A program made the position numbers and the translations under genes. From assembly GCF_001194135.2 (NCBI RefSeq), contig NC_068984.1, forward strand, positions 121,741,244 to 121,805,243: 64,000 bases of DNA, in the 5' to 3' direction. How positions within the stretch are numbered: position 1 is the stretch's first letter; every line of letters begins with the position of its first letter. Positions 13,201 through 27,369 of the stretch are shown here, one piece after another. The notes beneath the pieces were generated by a model. The model was given only the letters and a program-made list of their open reading frames with translations, did not search any database and was not told the DNA's origin. Source of the stretch: Octopus bimaculoides. Its lineage: Eukaryota.

Positions 13201-16200
13201 TAGATTAAGGTCCTAACCTGGAAGAGATTTATCGTTTATCCATTTAACCCTTTTGATACCAACCCATCTGAAACAATCCTTGGTTGTATGATGCAATCCT
13301 CTGTATTAAAGTGATCTAAATTTAAGCCTATCAAAATTTCATGTTAATTTTATGTTCCAATCACTAGCTTAATAATGACAGTTAATTTATTAAATTCTTC
13401 ATTATTTTCAAAATTAATTGAGACAAAAGATGTATATTCCCACAGAAATATGGTAATAAAAGGGTTAATGCTTTGCAAGCTTGAGATAAGCACTGGCCTC
13501 TTAATGATAGTGAGCATTGCTGAAATATACTGTCAAGTAAGGCACTTTACATACTTAAGCATTTTTGTCCTTATCAGCACTTAAGACTACTTCTGTAAAT
13601 TTTCTACAGACATTGTTGTGTGATTAAAAAGCTTGTTTTGCAGCCACATAGTTTCAGATTCGATCCCACTGTGTGGCCCCTTGGGCAAATGTCTTCTATA
13701 TAGCCCTAGGCTAGCCAATGCCTTGTGAGTGAATTTGCTAGTCAGAAAAGAAGTACTGGAGTCAATTCTTTCGACTAAACACCTCAAGGTGGTACCTCAA
13801 CATGGTCACAGTCCTATGATGGAAACGAGTGAAAGAAAAGATACTCAATATCTTGCAGAATCAGAGGTAAAGGTGACCAAATAATATCAGGGATATTAGA
13901 TAACCCTGTTCCGTAAGTCTTGAATTCAAAACTGCTGGCATTTTGTTGTATTTCCGGCCAGAACACTTTATTCAACATTATCTCACATCTCCTAGCTGTC
14001 ACTTGAAATAGGTATTGAATCATACATGAACTCTTTGGGTCTTGAGCTACTTACAAATGCACACCTTTGTATCTGTTGCAACACCTTGACGGTTCAGACT
14101 CATCCCCATTAGTTATGTCTCTTTCTTGGGTTTCTTGCTCTCCTAATACAACCTTTGTTCATTTGAAATGTTGAAAAGGTTAAAACTGAGTTAACAACCA
14201 GTTAGACCACTGACTAATGTGTCAACTGTTCATGTCTTCTTGATGACCAAGACCCTTAACTCTGTTTCACTCAGTCCTCTCAGCGCCAAAGTAACTGGTA
14301 GCACTATATAAATTGTTGATTGTTTTATCAATGCCATCTCCTTTCTCCTTTTTATGCCTCTATCCACTTTATCATCCATCCTTTAGTCATTTTAACCACA
14401 AACAACACAACTACCATTATGGTTAACATCATTGCTCTCAATTGTTATTAACATTATCACCACCACTACCCTTACTATTATCATCACCATCAATATTATT
14501 TAAATTGCAGTGTTTCTAAATGCCTGCATATGTCACCATAACAACTGTATAGGGAAGTGTCATCACATTGCTTGTTGTTGTCTCTGTAACTGGACCGAAG
14601 ATATCATACTGGATCATGTTATATCTTAACGAGTTTTGCTGTTATATTACACATTCAGTCGCATCATATCAGCTGCTCTCTGTCTCTCTCTTTCTCTCTT
14701 TCCCCCCTCTCTCCCCCCCTTCTCTCTCTACCTATCTATCTATCTATCTTTTTTCTCTCTCTCTCTCTTATAAAATCAGAAAATCCTATTTATTACTGTA
14801 TTTTCTGAGTAATCCATCAGACACAGCAAGTATTGGTGTTCATATTTATGAATGTACTGTCTTAACATAAAAACCCATGTGATCTATGCACATTCTTTTG
14901 GCAAAAATAAACATAAACTTTAGGGGGAACTGCATAAATTACATGAGTAGATCATTTCCAGAATTTTTTTATAAATTTTTTTGTTGAAAAAAGATGTACG
15001 AAACATTCATACTGGAAGTTGACTCATTTAATGGGCTTAAATGTAATGAAGGTAACTTTTATTTATGCTGGACAGTATAATGCTTACTTTTTCTGTATAA
15101 ATTTACAATAACCATCAAATGGTTAGCTACGTTTTGAAGTCTGACGTACATGCTGGTAATTACAGTCCGGGCCATATTTTACATATTTTACCTGGTTGAG
15201 CAAAATGTCATCCAAGCTGATGTTTATTGGTAATTAAACTTAATTCTCAACACCTGTGCATATTTATCAGCTTTGTTTTTACTGATAATTCTTATCAACA
15301 ACTTTTCCTGTGATCATCGTTTGAGAAGACATACAGCAGTATGCTAAAGATCGGACATAATCTCTTATGGGTAAAACATGTAAAATAAAGTTTATTATAA
15401 ACAAGATTATCCACCATATTTTCTTGGGCACTTTTTTGAATTCCATGACAAACACTTGCAGACATGCTTATAAAATCAAAAAAATGACACAACACCCATG
15501 ACTTTCAGACATATTTTTTCATGCTCATAATTGCTGAAGCATGAAATAAACTACCCACATCAGTGTTGTTAGCTGTCAAGACACTACATCCTTCAAAACT
15601 TCCATGCTTCCTGAAATCCGCCAACAGTATACCTGATGGCTTTTTTTTTTTCCAGTTGTAGTATACCTGAACACTGTATACAACAATTTCCTTTGTTATA
15701 TCATATATACATGCTCACCTTTTGTAAAATATACTTCAGTTATTTCCTGCTACACGAAGACACACAAACACATAGTCTCATACAGGTACATGCATGCGCG
15801 CATACACAAACACACAGTCTCATACAGTTGCGTACACATACAAACACACACAATATCATACACTTACACGTACATATGCAAACACACTAAAACACACTGT
15901 CTCATAGAGTTACATGCATGCAAACACACACACACACAATCAACATCATATTTTTCATGTATTTTATTATTGGAATGCTAACGTCGAGGGAGGAGGAGGG
16001 TGTACCGAGTGGCTAAAGCAGACTGCCATTGTCAGTCTCATAAGGGAGGAGAAGGAGGGTATACTGAGCAAGTGAAACAAACTGACATGTGTCAGTCCCA
16101 AAAAACCAATTTCATCTATTTAGACAACACAAGCACTTTGTAATTTCATAGCTTTTAATGTGATACCTGTTAAACTGAAATTATTTTTATTTAATGAAAA

Positions 16201-19200
16201 TTTAATAAAATCTAATCATAAGTAAGTGCAATTATGCTAAATACAACTAAACTGAAAACCCTTTCCCCCTGGCTATATCAGCAATTCTGAAAACTTTTGA
16301 GTGTGAATTTTACATGAGTAGAAGCCTTTTTTAACAAATTTTATCCTGAAAATCACCTGCGTAAATTACACAGGTGTGCAATTTACATGGGTTTTTATGG
16401 TACTTTCAAAACACCTGTTTTCAGTCTTTAAACATCAAAATTTCAGTCACTTATAAAGATATTCATTTGTAATGCATCCATTAATTTTAGTTAGGTCAAA
16501 TGGTATTAATTAGGTTAACAGTAAGGTGGTGAGCTGGCAGAAACATGAGTACGCAAGGCAAAATGCTTAGCAGTGTTTTGTCTGTCTTTACGTTCTAAGT
16601 TCAAATTCTGCCAAGGTCGACTTTGCCTTTCATCCTTTCGAGGTTGATAAATTGTGTACTAGGGTCGATCTAATCAACTGGCCCGCTCCCCCAAAATTTC
16701 AGGCCTTGTGTCTAGAGTAGAAAAGATTAATTAGGTATAACAGTACAGTCTTTAGTAGTGCTTCTGTAGGATCCAGTGTTGATGTCAATGAGATGATTCA
16801 AAAACTCTGCTCTGACCTAATGCTAAACAATAACAATAAAAAGAAATATTATATTAAAAGAGGGAGAGGGTGATGATGATAATGATGATGATTTGCATAT
16901 GACCAATATATTTAACTGTAACATCACACATTTGCCACTAATGTTCTTGAGACATTCTATTTTGTGTTATTTATTTATTTATTTATTTAGCTGAAAGATA
17001 GACTTTATCAAAACCAAGTGCTGTTTGGTTGTATTGATACATGGCTCCTATGGAAACTAACTGCTGGTCGAGTACATGCCACAGATTACTCTTGTGCCAG
17101 TTCCACCGGACTCTTTGATCCATTTCAGGTAAGAAAACTTTTCAATTTAATGTTTTTACTTTAGTTTCTTTAAAAAGTAAAAAGAAGTTTTTTTTTATTG
17201 TACAGGTTCATTAGGTCAAAGCTGATCCTACTGGCCATATCCAGCTCAAATATCTTACCTGTTTTATATTCCAACTGGTCAGATCTAACCTCTCAAACAT
17301 ACTCTCTCGGTGTCATTCTAAAAATAAGCAATTACATCATAGAATCTCAGAGCTATGAGATAATGCATGATTAATTTAAATGATGTGAATAAATAAGTAT
17401 TACAGCAGAGTTAACCTCCCAGCTGTTGCAGTTCCCCACTTTCAGCTGAATGGACTGAAGCAATGTAAAAAGAAGTGCTTTGCTCAAGGATGCAATTTAT
17501 AAACCAGTTTGGGAATTGAACCCAAGGCCTAATGATTGTAAGATCAACATCCTAACTATAGTTTGTTTTAATTTATCTGAACATTCAGAGTTAATTCTGA
17601 TTCAAACTTGGACAAAATTATAAAATAAAAACAATTTTATATGGTTATCAAAAAACTTTACATGCTATAGATGTGGTGAGAATTACATTATCCAAACCAT
17701 ATTACTTAGAAAATGGAGGATAGTTCACTGACAACAAATACATATGAACACTAGAAAAAAGGCACCCTGTGAACATTAGGTCAATGTACTGGAATTCAGT
17801 GACTGAATTTTAAGCTATTCTCAATATACCAATGTGCAGAAGAATGATTTTTTTTTTTTTTTTTTGTTGAAAGTATGAACCAAAGTTTAAATTAAGAATT
17901 AATTATGACATATTTTCAATTTCAAATATCAGTATTTGTGGAACTCTACTGTCTTTCTCTTTTTTGGCATGTGTGTGTGTATTCGTTATTAATTATAATT
18001 ATAACTTAATTTCTAGAAAATATGCTAGTGATTTTATGAATTTCTTTTTAAATATGTAAAGAATTCAGAGGCTTATGTTTGTGTAGGGGTTGGGCAGTGC
18101 ATGTTTACTTTCATTTACCTAAGCTAAAATAAGAAAATTCTTCTAAAACTCGCAATATTTATATGAAAACACTACAGGGACAGTTCTATCTTATATATGT
18201 ATGTATGTATGTGTGTGAACACAGGTATGACTGTGGTTAAGAATTTTACTTCTCAACACATTTGGTTTTGAGTTCAGTCCCCACTGACTGGCACCTTGGG
18301 CAAGTGTCTGCTATTATAAATTTGAGTTGACCAAAGTTTTGTGAGTAGATTTAGTTGACAGAAGCTGAAAGAAGCTTGTTGTGTATGTGTTTGTGTTTTC
18401 ACGTTATGTGGTTGTTGTAAATGAATGTCATTCTTTTGCAATATTCTACAATAACATGTTTAGCCATGGAGTAATGTTACCTTGCTGGGAACCAAGTAAG
18501 TGTTAGTGACAGGAAGAGCATTCAGCTGTAGAAAATCTGCCTCAGTAAACTCCATTTGACTCATGCAAGCTATGTATGAGTAGATATTAAAATGATTAAT
18601 GATCCCCGTTCACTATCACTGTTTCGCTTTTGTTTTCTTCCTCTCTCTCTCGCCTCTTACTTTTCAATTATATCCTCTAATGGTAAGTAGATGAGGGTTT
18701 TGAATAAGCTTCTGGTATCTGCACTTCTGTCTCAGTAATATTCTAAATATGCCAGAATTTCCTATTATTGCACCACATGGTTCCAAGAACAGATTCTTTT
18801 GAGAGAGTTTGTTTATTATTTTATCGGTTCCGTTCTACATAGTATCAGTTGGTCACTAATGACTGCAGCTGTGATAGTCGTTAACTCTTTCCTCATATAT
18901 TAGCAGATATACTCTCACTTCCTCTTCCAGGCTCTGTAGCTGAAGTGAAACCATTTCTGGTGTAATAAATAGAAACCCTGTTGAAAAATGACATACCATC
19001 TGTTGCTTCTGGGGAAGTCATTTTGAAATCAATAGTTTGAGAATTCTATTAACTTTGCCTTTTTTGCTTGCTTTCTCTCTTCCAGAAAGCTGGTCAATCT
19101 TACATCGTTTCTTTGTTTTGTTAATGATGTGTAACCAACATGTGTGTGTGTGCATGCATGCTTTGGTTGCCATATTTTATGTTATGTGATACCGTGTCTG

Positions 19201-22200
19201 TCAGTCAATGCTTCAGAATTAGTAGTTCAGTGATATCAGTTTGATTAATTTCACTTTGACGTGTCAATGAATATAAGTGTTGTTAAGTTTGCCAGAATAT
19301 AACCTGCTGTACTTGTGAGAAATATGCTAAAATACTATGTTGTATGCCATCCAGCTGGTTAGTCATCATATTTGAATGATGTGTGTCTTGATTTCATACT
19401 ATTTTTCTTTTTCTTTTAAACTATTTTACATCCATTTTTCCAATCTAACATACATGGAATTTGTGTTCTTTTGGTTTCCAAAATATAACATATTTTTCAC
19501 TTCCAAAAGGCACAGGTGTGGCTGTGCAGTAAGAAGTTGGCTTCCCAGCCACAGGTTCCAGGTTCAGTCCCACCTTGTGTAAATGTCTTCTACTGTCCTA
19601 GGCCTACCAAAGCCTTAAGAGTGGATTTAGTAGACAAAAACTGGGAGGAGCTTGTCCCGTGTGTGTGTGTGTGTCTGTCTGCCTGTCTGTCTGTTTATGT
19701 GTGTTTGTTTTTTTTTACTCAGCCATTGTTTGACAACTGATGTTGGTTTGCTCACATCCCCATAACATAGTAGTTGGGTAAAACAAACCAATAAAATAAG
19801 TACCAGGCTTTAAAAAAAGATAGTGGGATTCATTCGTTTGACTTAAGCCCTTCAAGATGGTGCCCCAGCATGACCACAGACCAATGACTGAAACAAGTAA
19901 AAGATAAAGATATTTGTAATTTTTTTGTAAGTAGTCAATTTTTTTTTTCTAGCTGGATCTCCTATCTAATCATAGTAATTCACTGATTTCCAATCAATTT
20001 TCAAAACTGGAGCTCTAAATGGCATACTATATAATTGATTGTTAAACTTATATATAATTGTCATAGCTGAAGTTATTTAGGCACCATCCATCTCTCGTTT
20101 CTTGAATTAGAAGTTTTCTATCTGACTGTTTTATTAGTGTGTCTGTAAATAAAAGTACTTACCATTTCTAGTCTATTGACTCGAATGTGCTTCAGTGTTT
20201 GGAAATATCTCCCACATTTATTTCTTGTACTTAAAAGACCAGATTGCCATTACCTTTAACCATACCTTTTCCTGTGTAACCCTAGACTTTTACCACCACA
20301 CATGTAACCAATTTCATGAAGTGGGACCTTCAAAACATCCTTCATTGAAGACATGGGAAATTAAGTTTCATTGAACAGCAGCAAAACTAATCACTACTCA
20401 TATGAAAAGAATGTTCCCATCACAGTACCATATCGTCTCTATTTATGAACAATACACAAATAACACCTTTAAAGACGCCACAAATTCTAGAGTTACATTC
20501 TCTAACAGTCATTCATAACAACCATGCATAACTACCCCACGCAACTAAATCACAAAAGTTGATCTTGCACCTCTAAGTTACAAAAGAATATGCTACAAAT
20601 TAATTCAGCCATGACCAGTTTCTGAGCTTCTACAAGTACTGTGGTGGATGTAATTGATAACTCCTCTAAAATGTGTGGCCTTTGCCCTGTCAGAATCATT
20701 AGAACCAAAAAAAAAAAAAAAAAATGCTGTAATGTATTTGTCTTAGCTCTTTACATTCCAAGTTCAAATCTCACCAAGGCCAGCATTGACTTTCATCTGT
20801 CGGGCATCAATAAAAGAAAATACCACTTAAGGACTGGGGTTGATATAAGCAATCGTGTACCTATATAAGAAATTGTGAGTGGTGATGAATGTGGCGGCTG
20901 TGGTGGTGACTGTTGGTAGCAGCAGCAGTGGTGGTGGCCCGTTGTCATCATAGTCGTTGTCATAGTTTTTTTTATTACTGTTTTACACCATTCTCCCATG
21001 TTTGCACAGCTGAACTGGTATATTTGTTGGAACTGTTATTTTGTTTTTACAGCTGGATGCTCCCCCACTTCCTACTCTTAACTACTCATCCATGAATCAA
21101 ATTTGGATCTTGTATTCTGTTCAGTCAGTCAAACTGGAATGGGAGTGGGGGGAGGAAAAGGTTATATGACTAGTTCGGTGGCGGGAGGGGGGATTACACA
21201 ATGGTTGTAGTTGTATAAGATTTGAACTAATAATCACCTTAACATTGTAGTTATTTCATCTTTTTTTTTTATATTGATTGATTATTGTTTTTCATTTATT
21301 CATAAATTTGTTTTATTTTACTAGATGGAATGGAGTTCAGTGGTGTGCAAGTTACTGGACATTCCCATGACAATCTTTCCTGAACTCAAAGACACAAGGT
21401 AATCTTGAGGTTATGTAGAGGACATTATTATTTTTCAGTTCTATATTTAAGAGATGAGGAATTATGTACATTATTTACACTATTTACGTTATTTATATTT
21501 GACGGATATTTGTCCTCGTCTTGTTTGTTGTTAAGCACAACATTTCGGCTGATATACCACTCCAGCCTTTCATCAGGTGTCTTGGGGAAATTTTGAACCT
21601 GAGTTCTCATTCCTAAGGTATTTTTTGATGTTGTTATTATTATCATTAAGGTCACTGCCTGGAATCGAACTCGGAATCTTGGGGTTAGTAGCCCGTGCTC
21701 TTAACAACTACGCCATAAGTAGTTGGCATCTCTCACTTGCATTGTTCTCATATCCTGACTGGAAAAAATTTACATTTTTTTTTTTTTACCATACAAAACC
21801 TAACATCAGTAATTATAAAAACCTTAAGTGGAATTAACTGGTATCATTGCCAAGAATGCGATGCAGGCAAATCCAAAGAATCAGTCTTAAAGTCTACTGT
21901 AATAATGATAATACTAATAATAATAATAATAATAATGGTAATAATAATAATCCTTTCTACTATAGGCACACAAGGCCTGGATTTCGTGGGGAGGGGGATT
22001 GTCGATTACATTGACCTTAGTGTTTCACTGGTACTTAAATTGTTGACCCCAAAATGATGAAAGGCAAAGTCAACCTCAGCAGGATTTGAACTCAGAACAT
22101 AAGGATGGACAAAATGCCACTAAGCATTTTGCCTGGCATGCTAACAATTCTGTCAGCTTGCTGCCTTTCATAATAATAATAAAGATGTTAATAATTTGAT

Positions 22201-22797
22201 TCCAGGATTGAAAAGAAAGAGGATGAAAAATGAAAAAAATACAATCCCTTCAAATTTGAAATAGGAAGAAGTTGGAATATGAGAACTGTCAAGGTCATGC
22301 CCATAATAATTGGTGCGTTGGGAACAGTAAGCAAAGATATAAACAAATGGCTGAAGGAGGTTGGAATTGAATGCTCTGTAGAGCTCCTACAGCAAGTTTG
22401 TTTCTTATGGACAGCAAGGATTATCCTGAGAGTTCTAAGTACTTGAAAGACTACTGAAAACTACCCGAGGTTACAGGTAGTAACCTGCTGCCTACATAAA
22501 TTCTACCAAGGAATAAGACCAAACCTGAGTCAAACCAAATGATAATAATGTTAGACATAGCTGAAGTTTAAAATGATATTATCACTTGCAATGTCACACA
22601 AATAGATCTAAAGACCTAGTATTTGGTGATGTGCAGCTAATTACTCTTTATTTCTCTATTGTATAATTTTTTTTTTATCTCTTGCAGTGGATTATTTGGC
22701 AAGTGTGATCCTCAGATTTTGGGTGCTGCTATCCCCATCACTGGTATTGTAAGTATCATATTTATACACTCTCTTTCCTTTGTGGATCCGTTGATTC

Positions 22798-22842
<45 letters not shown>

Positions 22843-22852
22843 NNNNNNNNNN

Positions 22853-22899
<47 letters not shown>

Positions 22900-25434
22900 A
22901 ACCCTCATGTACAGCTTCCTTTGTAGATAGGGCATGTGAATTGGTTAGAGAGGTGAAGTGTATCTCTTAGTGTATGCCTAGTGTATGATCTTATTTAGGG
23001 ACTTCGATTGGTTAGGTTGCATGTCGACGCAATAGAGTAAGAAACAAATTGCACCAATACCAACCAATGAGAGTGGTAGACATAACGGGATCCAAATAGC
23101 ACCCAAAGGTTAGCTGTTATCTGATACATTCAGATGTATGTATATATAATAAAGGAGAGAGGTATTTCACTAGAGTGTTCACTACAATCTCTATGGTTGG
23201 ATGCCCTTCCTAACACCAATCACTTTACAGAGTGTGGGTGCTTTTACGTGATTGTATATTTTTAGAATGACATTGTCAGGTAAGTGAGGTCGGCAGGATC
23301 TGGTCAGTTTGAATCTAAAACAGATTGAATATTTTGGCCTGATATGGCTGGTTTAAATGCTAAAGGGTTAATAGAGAGAATACCTTTTGAGAAAATACTT
23401 AGAATAACTTTGGTTACATAACTGCTCAGTTAGACTGACCTGGGACTAAACAACTTGAATCTTTATTCACTTTTTTTACTTATTCTATCTGTGATTTATA
23501 ATGTTTTTTTCTTTATATATCTCACAGGTAGCTGATCAGCAAGGAGCTATGTTTGGAGACTGCTGTTACACTGTTGGTGACGTAAAATGTACAATGGGTT
23601 CTGGAACCTTCATTGATCTAAATACTGGCAATCAACCTCATGCTTCCATTGCAGGTATTGTATGAATGTAATCAATTTAACTGTCCCCAGTACCTATCCG
23701 CCCACAAAAAGTCAAAATAGTCCTTGGTGATATATGAACTCCAAAAATGTTAAGTGACATTACTAAATATTATAATGTATAAGTGTAAGAGTCAATTGAG
23801 GAATTGTCTAAGTGTAAGAGGCAATGGAAGAATTGAGACAGTTTGAGAATATTACGGAGTAATTAAACTGAGACTAATTATATGTAAATGAGATAGAAAT
23901 TCTAAAAGGTTGAAGTTCTTGGATTGGAAGACTGGAGGCAAGAGGAGGCACGATATGGATGATTAGCTAACTCTGAGGTGCAGCAACCACTGTTAGGGTG
24001 TTCAGCTCATGATCATAAGATCGTGGTTTCGATTCTTAGACGCAGCAGTCCGTTGTGTTCTTGAGCAAAACACTTCATTTCATGTTGCTCCAGTCCACTC
24101 AGCATGCAAAAATGAGTAATCCTGCAACAGACTGACATTCTGTCCAGGTAGGGAATATATATGCCATGAAACCAGGAAACCAACCTTTATGATTCAAGAA
24201 GGTAGTTTTACTTTTTACCTTACTGCAGTGTAATATAATAAGATTTCTGACATAGGCAAAAGGCTATAAATTTTTAGAAATTAAAATTGATTTACTCAAC
24301 CTCAGTATATTAGTAAAACAAACTTTATCATTCCTTGTAAAAGATGAAAGACAAGACCAACACTGGCTGGATTTCAACTCAGAATGTAGACATAACTAAA
24401 TACTGTAAGACATTTTTTGTCTAGCATTTTACCATTTATGCCATCCTCTGCCTTTTGATATTTTTTCCATCATCAAGTTGTTTAAAACAAGCAAGTAACA
24501 TTTTTTGCTATAATATTTAAAATAAGGATTTCTAACATAGGCATGTAGTCAGACATTTTATGCTAGGGATTATATCAACTCCAGCATTTTACTAGAACTT
24601 ATTTCATCAGCCCCAGAAAGATAAAAGACAAACTTGATCCGAGTAGGATTGGAGCTACTGATAGTTTTCCATATCACTTTAATGATTTTTGCCTGTCTGC
24701 CACCCTTATCATCATTATTAGTATTATTATTATTATTATTGTTATTATTATTATTATTATTATTAAGACAGCAGTAAGCTGGCAGAATTGTTTGCACATC
24801 AGGCAAAATGCTTAGCAGCATTTCACCCATCAGTACATTCTGAGTTCAGATTCCACTGAGGTTGACTTTACCTTTCTTCCTTTCAGAGTCAATAAAAATA
24901 AGTACCAGTTGAGCACTGGTATCGATTTACCCACTTCTCTGGCCCTTGTACTAAAATTTTAAACCATTATTATTATTATTATTATCCATCAAGGTCGACT
25001 TTACCTTTCATCCTTTCGGGGTTGATAAATTAAGTACCAGTTATGCACTGGGCTCGATGAAATCGACTAGCCCCTCCCAAAAGAGAATTTCAGGGCTTGT
25101 GCATATAACAGAAAGGATTATTAGTATTATCATTGTTGTTGTAAGACATCAAATCAGCTGAGTCGTTAGAGGATCAGTTAGATTGTCTTATAGTAATCCT
25201 TCCTAAGGCACCAACCTAGCAGAATCATTAGTGCGCTGAACAAAATGCTTAGTGGTATTTCATCTACATTATTCAAATATAGAATGGTATTCCACCTGTC
25301 ACTACATTCTGAGTTCAAATTCTGCCAAGGTCAACTTTGCCTTTCATCCTCTCAGGGTCAGTTGAACACTGGGGTCAATGTAATCAACCTGTTCTCTCTC
25401 TCAAAATTACTGGCCTTGTGGCAAAATTTGAAAC

Positions 25435-25491
<57 letters not shown>

Positions 25492-27329
25492 CATTATTAT
25501 TACCAATGATATTAAAATAAATAATGATAATAATAATAATAATAATAATAATACTAGCGAATATTGATAATCTTGTATATATTTGAATAACATTTTACTA
25601 AAACTTTGCCTCAATAAATAATGCTATCTTTCACCCTTTTTTTTTTTTTTTTAATCAGGCCTGTATCCATTAGTAGGTTGGAAAATTGGTTCTGAACTTG
25701 TATTTATAGCTGAAGGTGTATCATCAGACAGTGGCTGTGTACTGGAATGGGCAAAAAGTTTAAGTGAGTAACAAAATAACTTGATTTTATTTCATCAATA
25801 AATTATAAGATGATTATGTAAGAACCATCTCATGAGTATCAATAATATCAAAAGCTGATAAGAGACCCTCTACAGTGTCACTCAATTTGTTAAATGTAAC
25901 AGCTAAATCTTCCCCAATTCATTTATCTGACACCCCTGTCTTCAAAAGAGGGAAGGATACATTAGATAATGTGATCCTAAATATCAATAACACCCCCAAA
26001 CATGGGCTGGTCATGGCTGGAATGCCTTTGATCAAGGTTGACCTGGAGCTAAACAACAATGGTAAAGTTAAGGATGTAGGTGCTGTAGGTCATTGCTTAC
26101 ATATTTTCATAGTATGGAATCAATATGGCAAGAATGCTGGTCAAATGGCTACTTTTGTGATGCCTACTTAAGCAAAGCTTCAGATCAACAAGGTTGTTGC
26201 TACATCACCACTTGACGTGCTAGATATAACAGCCAGGTCTTCTTCAAATTGCACCTACTATCTTAAAAAAAAATGGGAAGACACATAAAAAGCATCCATA
26301 CTGGCACCACATAAAAAAAAGCATGTGTGCCAGCAGCACATAAAGAGCACCCAGGCAAGTGCCATATATAGAGCACTCAGTATACTCTATAAAATGGTTG
26401 GTGTTAGGAAGGGCATCCAGCTGTAGAAACCATGCCAAAACAGATGACTGGAGCCTAGGTCAGCCTTCCGGCTTGCCAGCTCCTGTCTAAACCATCCAAC
26501 TCATTCCAGCATGGAAAAAACAAACATTAAAGGATGATGATGATGACATTGGATGATGTAATCGTAAATAAATATATAAAAAGGCAAGATCATTATGACT
26601 GGAATGACTTTGCTTATGGTCCTGCTGACATGTGGCTAAACAACATTTGTAACATCAAGCAAAGCTACTTGGCCAGAGTGGTATACAACAGCAATACTGA
26701 CAACATAGACTGTTCCCAGGGAAGAAAGAAAGATATGTGAAGCAATGTTGGAACTTATTTAGTCAACATGGGATGACAGAGACAACCAAGTGCTTAACAG
26801 GCAATGTTTGTTATGTTTTAGCCCAAGGTTAGTCCTGTTTCTGGAGACCTTATGATCTGAGGCTTTCCTACTATGATCTCCTATCCTTTTAGAAGTGTGT
26901 TAGCACTACATTAACCAATGTGTCCTTTCATTTCCTTAGACAGTAGGGTATGATTTAAGGCAGATAAGGTGACTATTATAGCAGGCTGAGCACTCATCTA
27001 AAAGCTCCCTCACTGTTTGCTGCTGCTGCTAGTGTTGTTATTTAGCCCAGGGACCATCTCGATTGAGCAGTTCCATGCTCAAAAGTATTTCAACTATAAC
27101 CGTCTTGTCTTTTTTGCCCCATTTACAGTGAACTCTAGAACCATGAAATTTGATGTGTCCTTTTGTAATAAGGAAATTTGACTGCTGTTTCTGGCATGTC
27201 AAGTGATGCTGATGTTGGTGTGGTTTGATATTATTTTGTCAACACTTGTGTTGTATGTTTGAGAGAAGAGGATATTAGGGTGGGCGAACCAATGTACCAA
27301 ATATAATTTACCCAAACCCATATCTATCG

Positions 27330-27369
<40 letters not shown>

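Noticed and set aside
21650-21716. tRNA-like sequence (apparent ACT anticodon) as a functional tRNA gene
   Set aside because: T-arm and acceptor stems do not pair, and it runs into a repeat body; it is a SINE head.
21955-22549. Idea that the adjacent R4/Dong element is the partner LINE of family B SINEs
   Set aside because: No shared 3' sequence, and the tails are on opposite strands of the microsatellite (ATT versus TAA).
25875-26171. 98-aa ORF downstream of GK5 exon 11
   Set aside because: Overlaps an inverted copy of an abundant interspersed repeat (also near 3020, 8620, 26815, 30530); no splice signals in phase.
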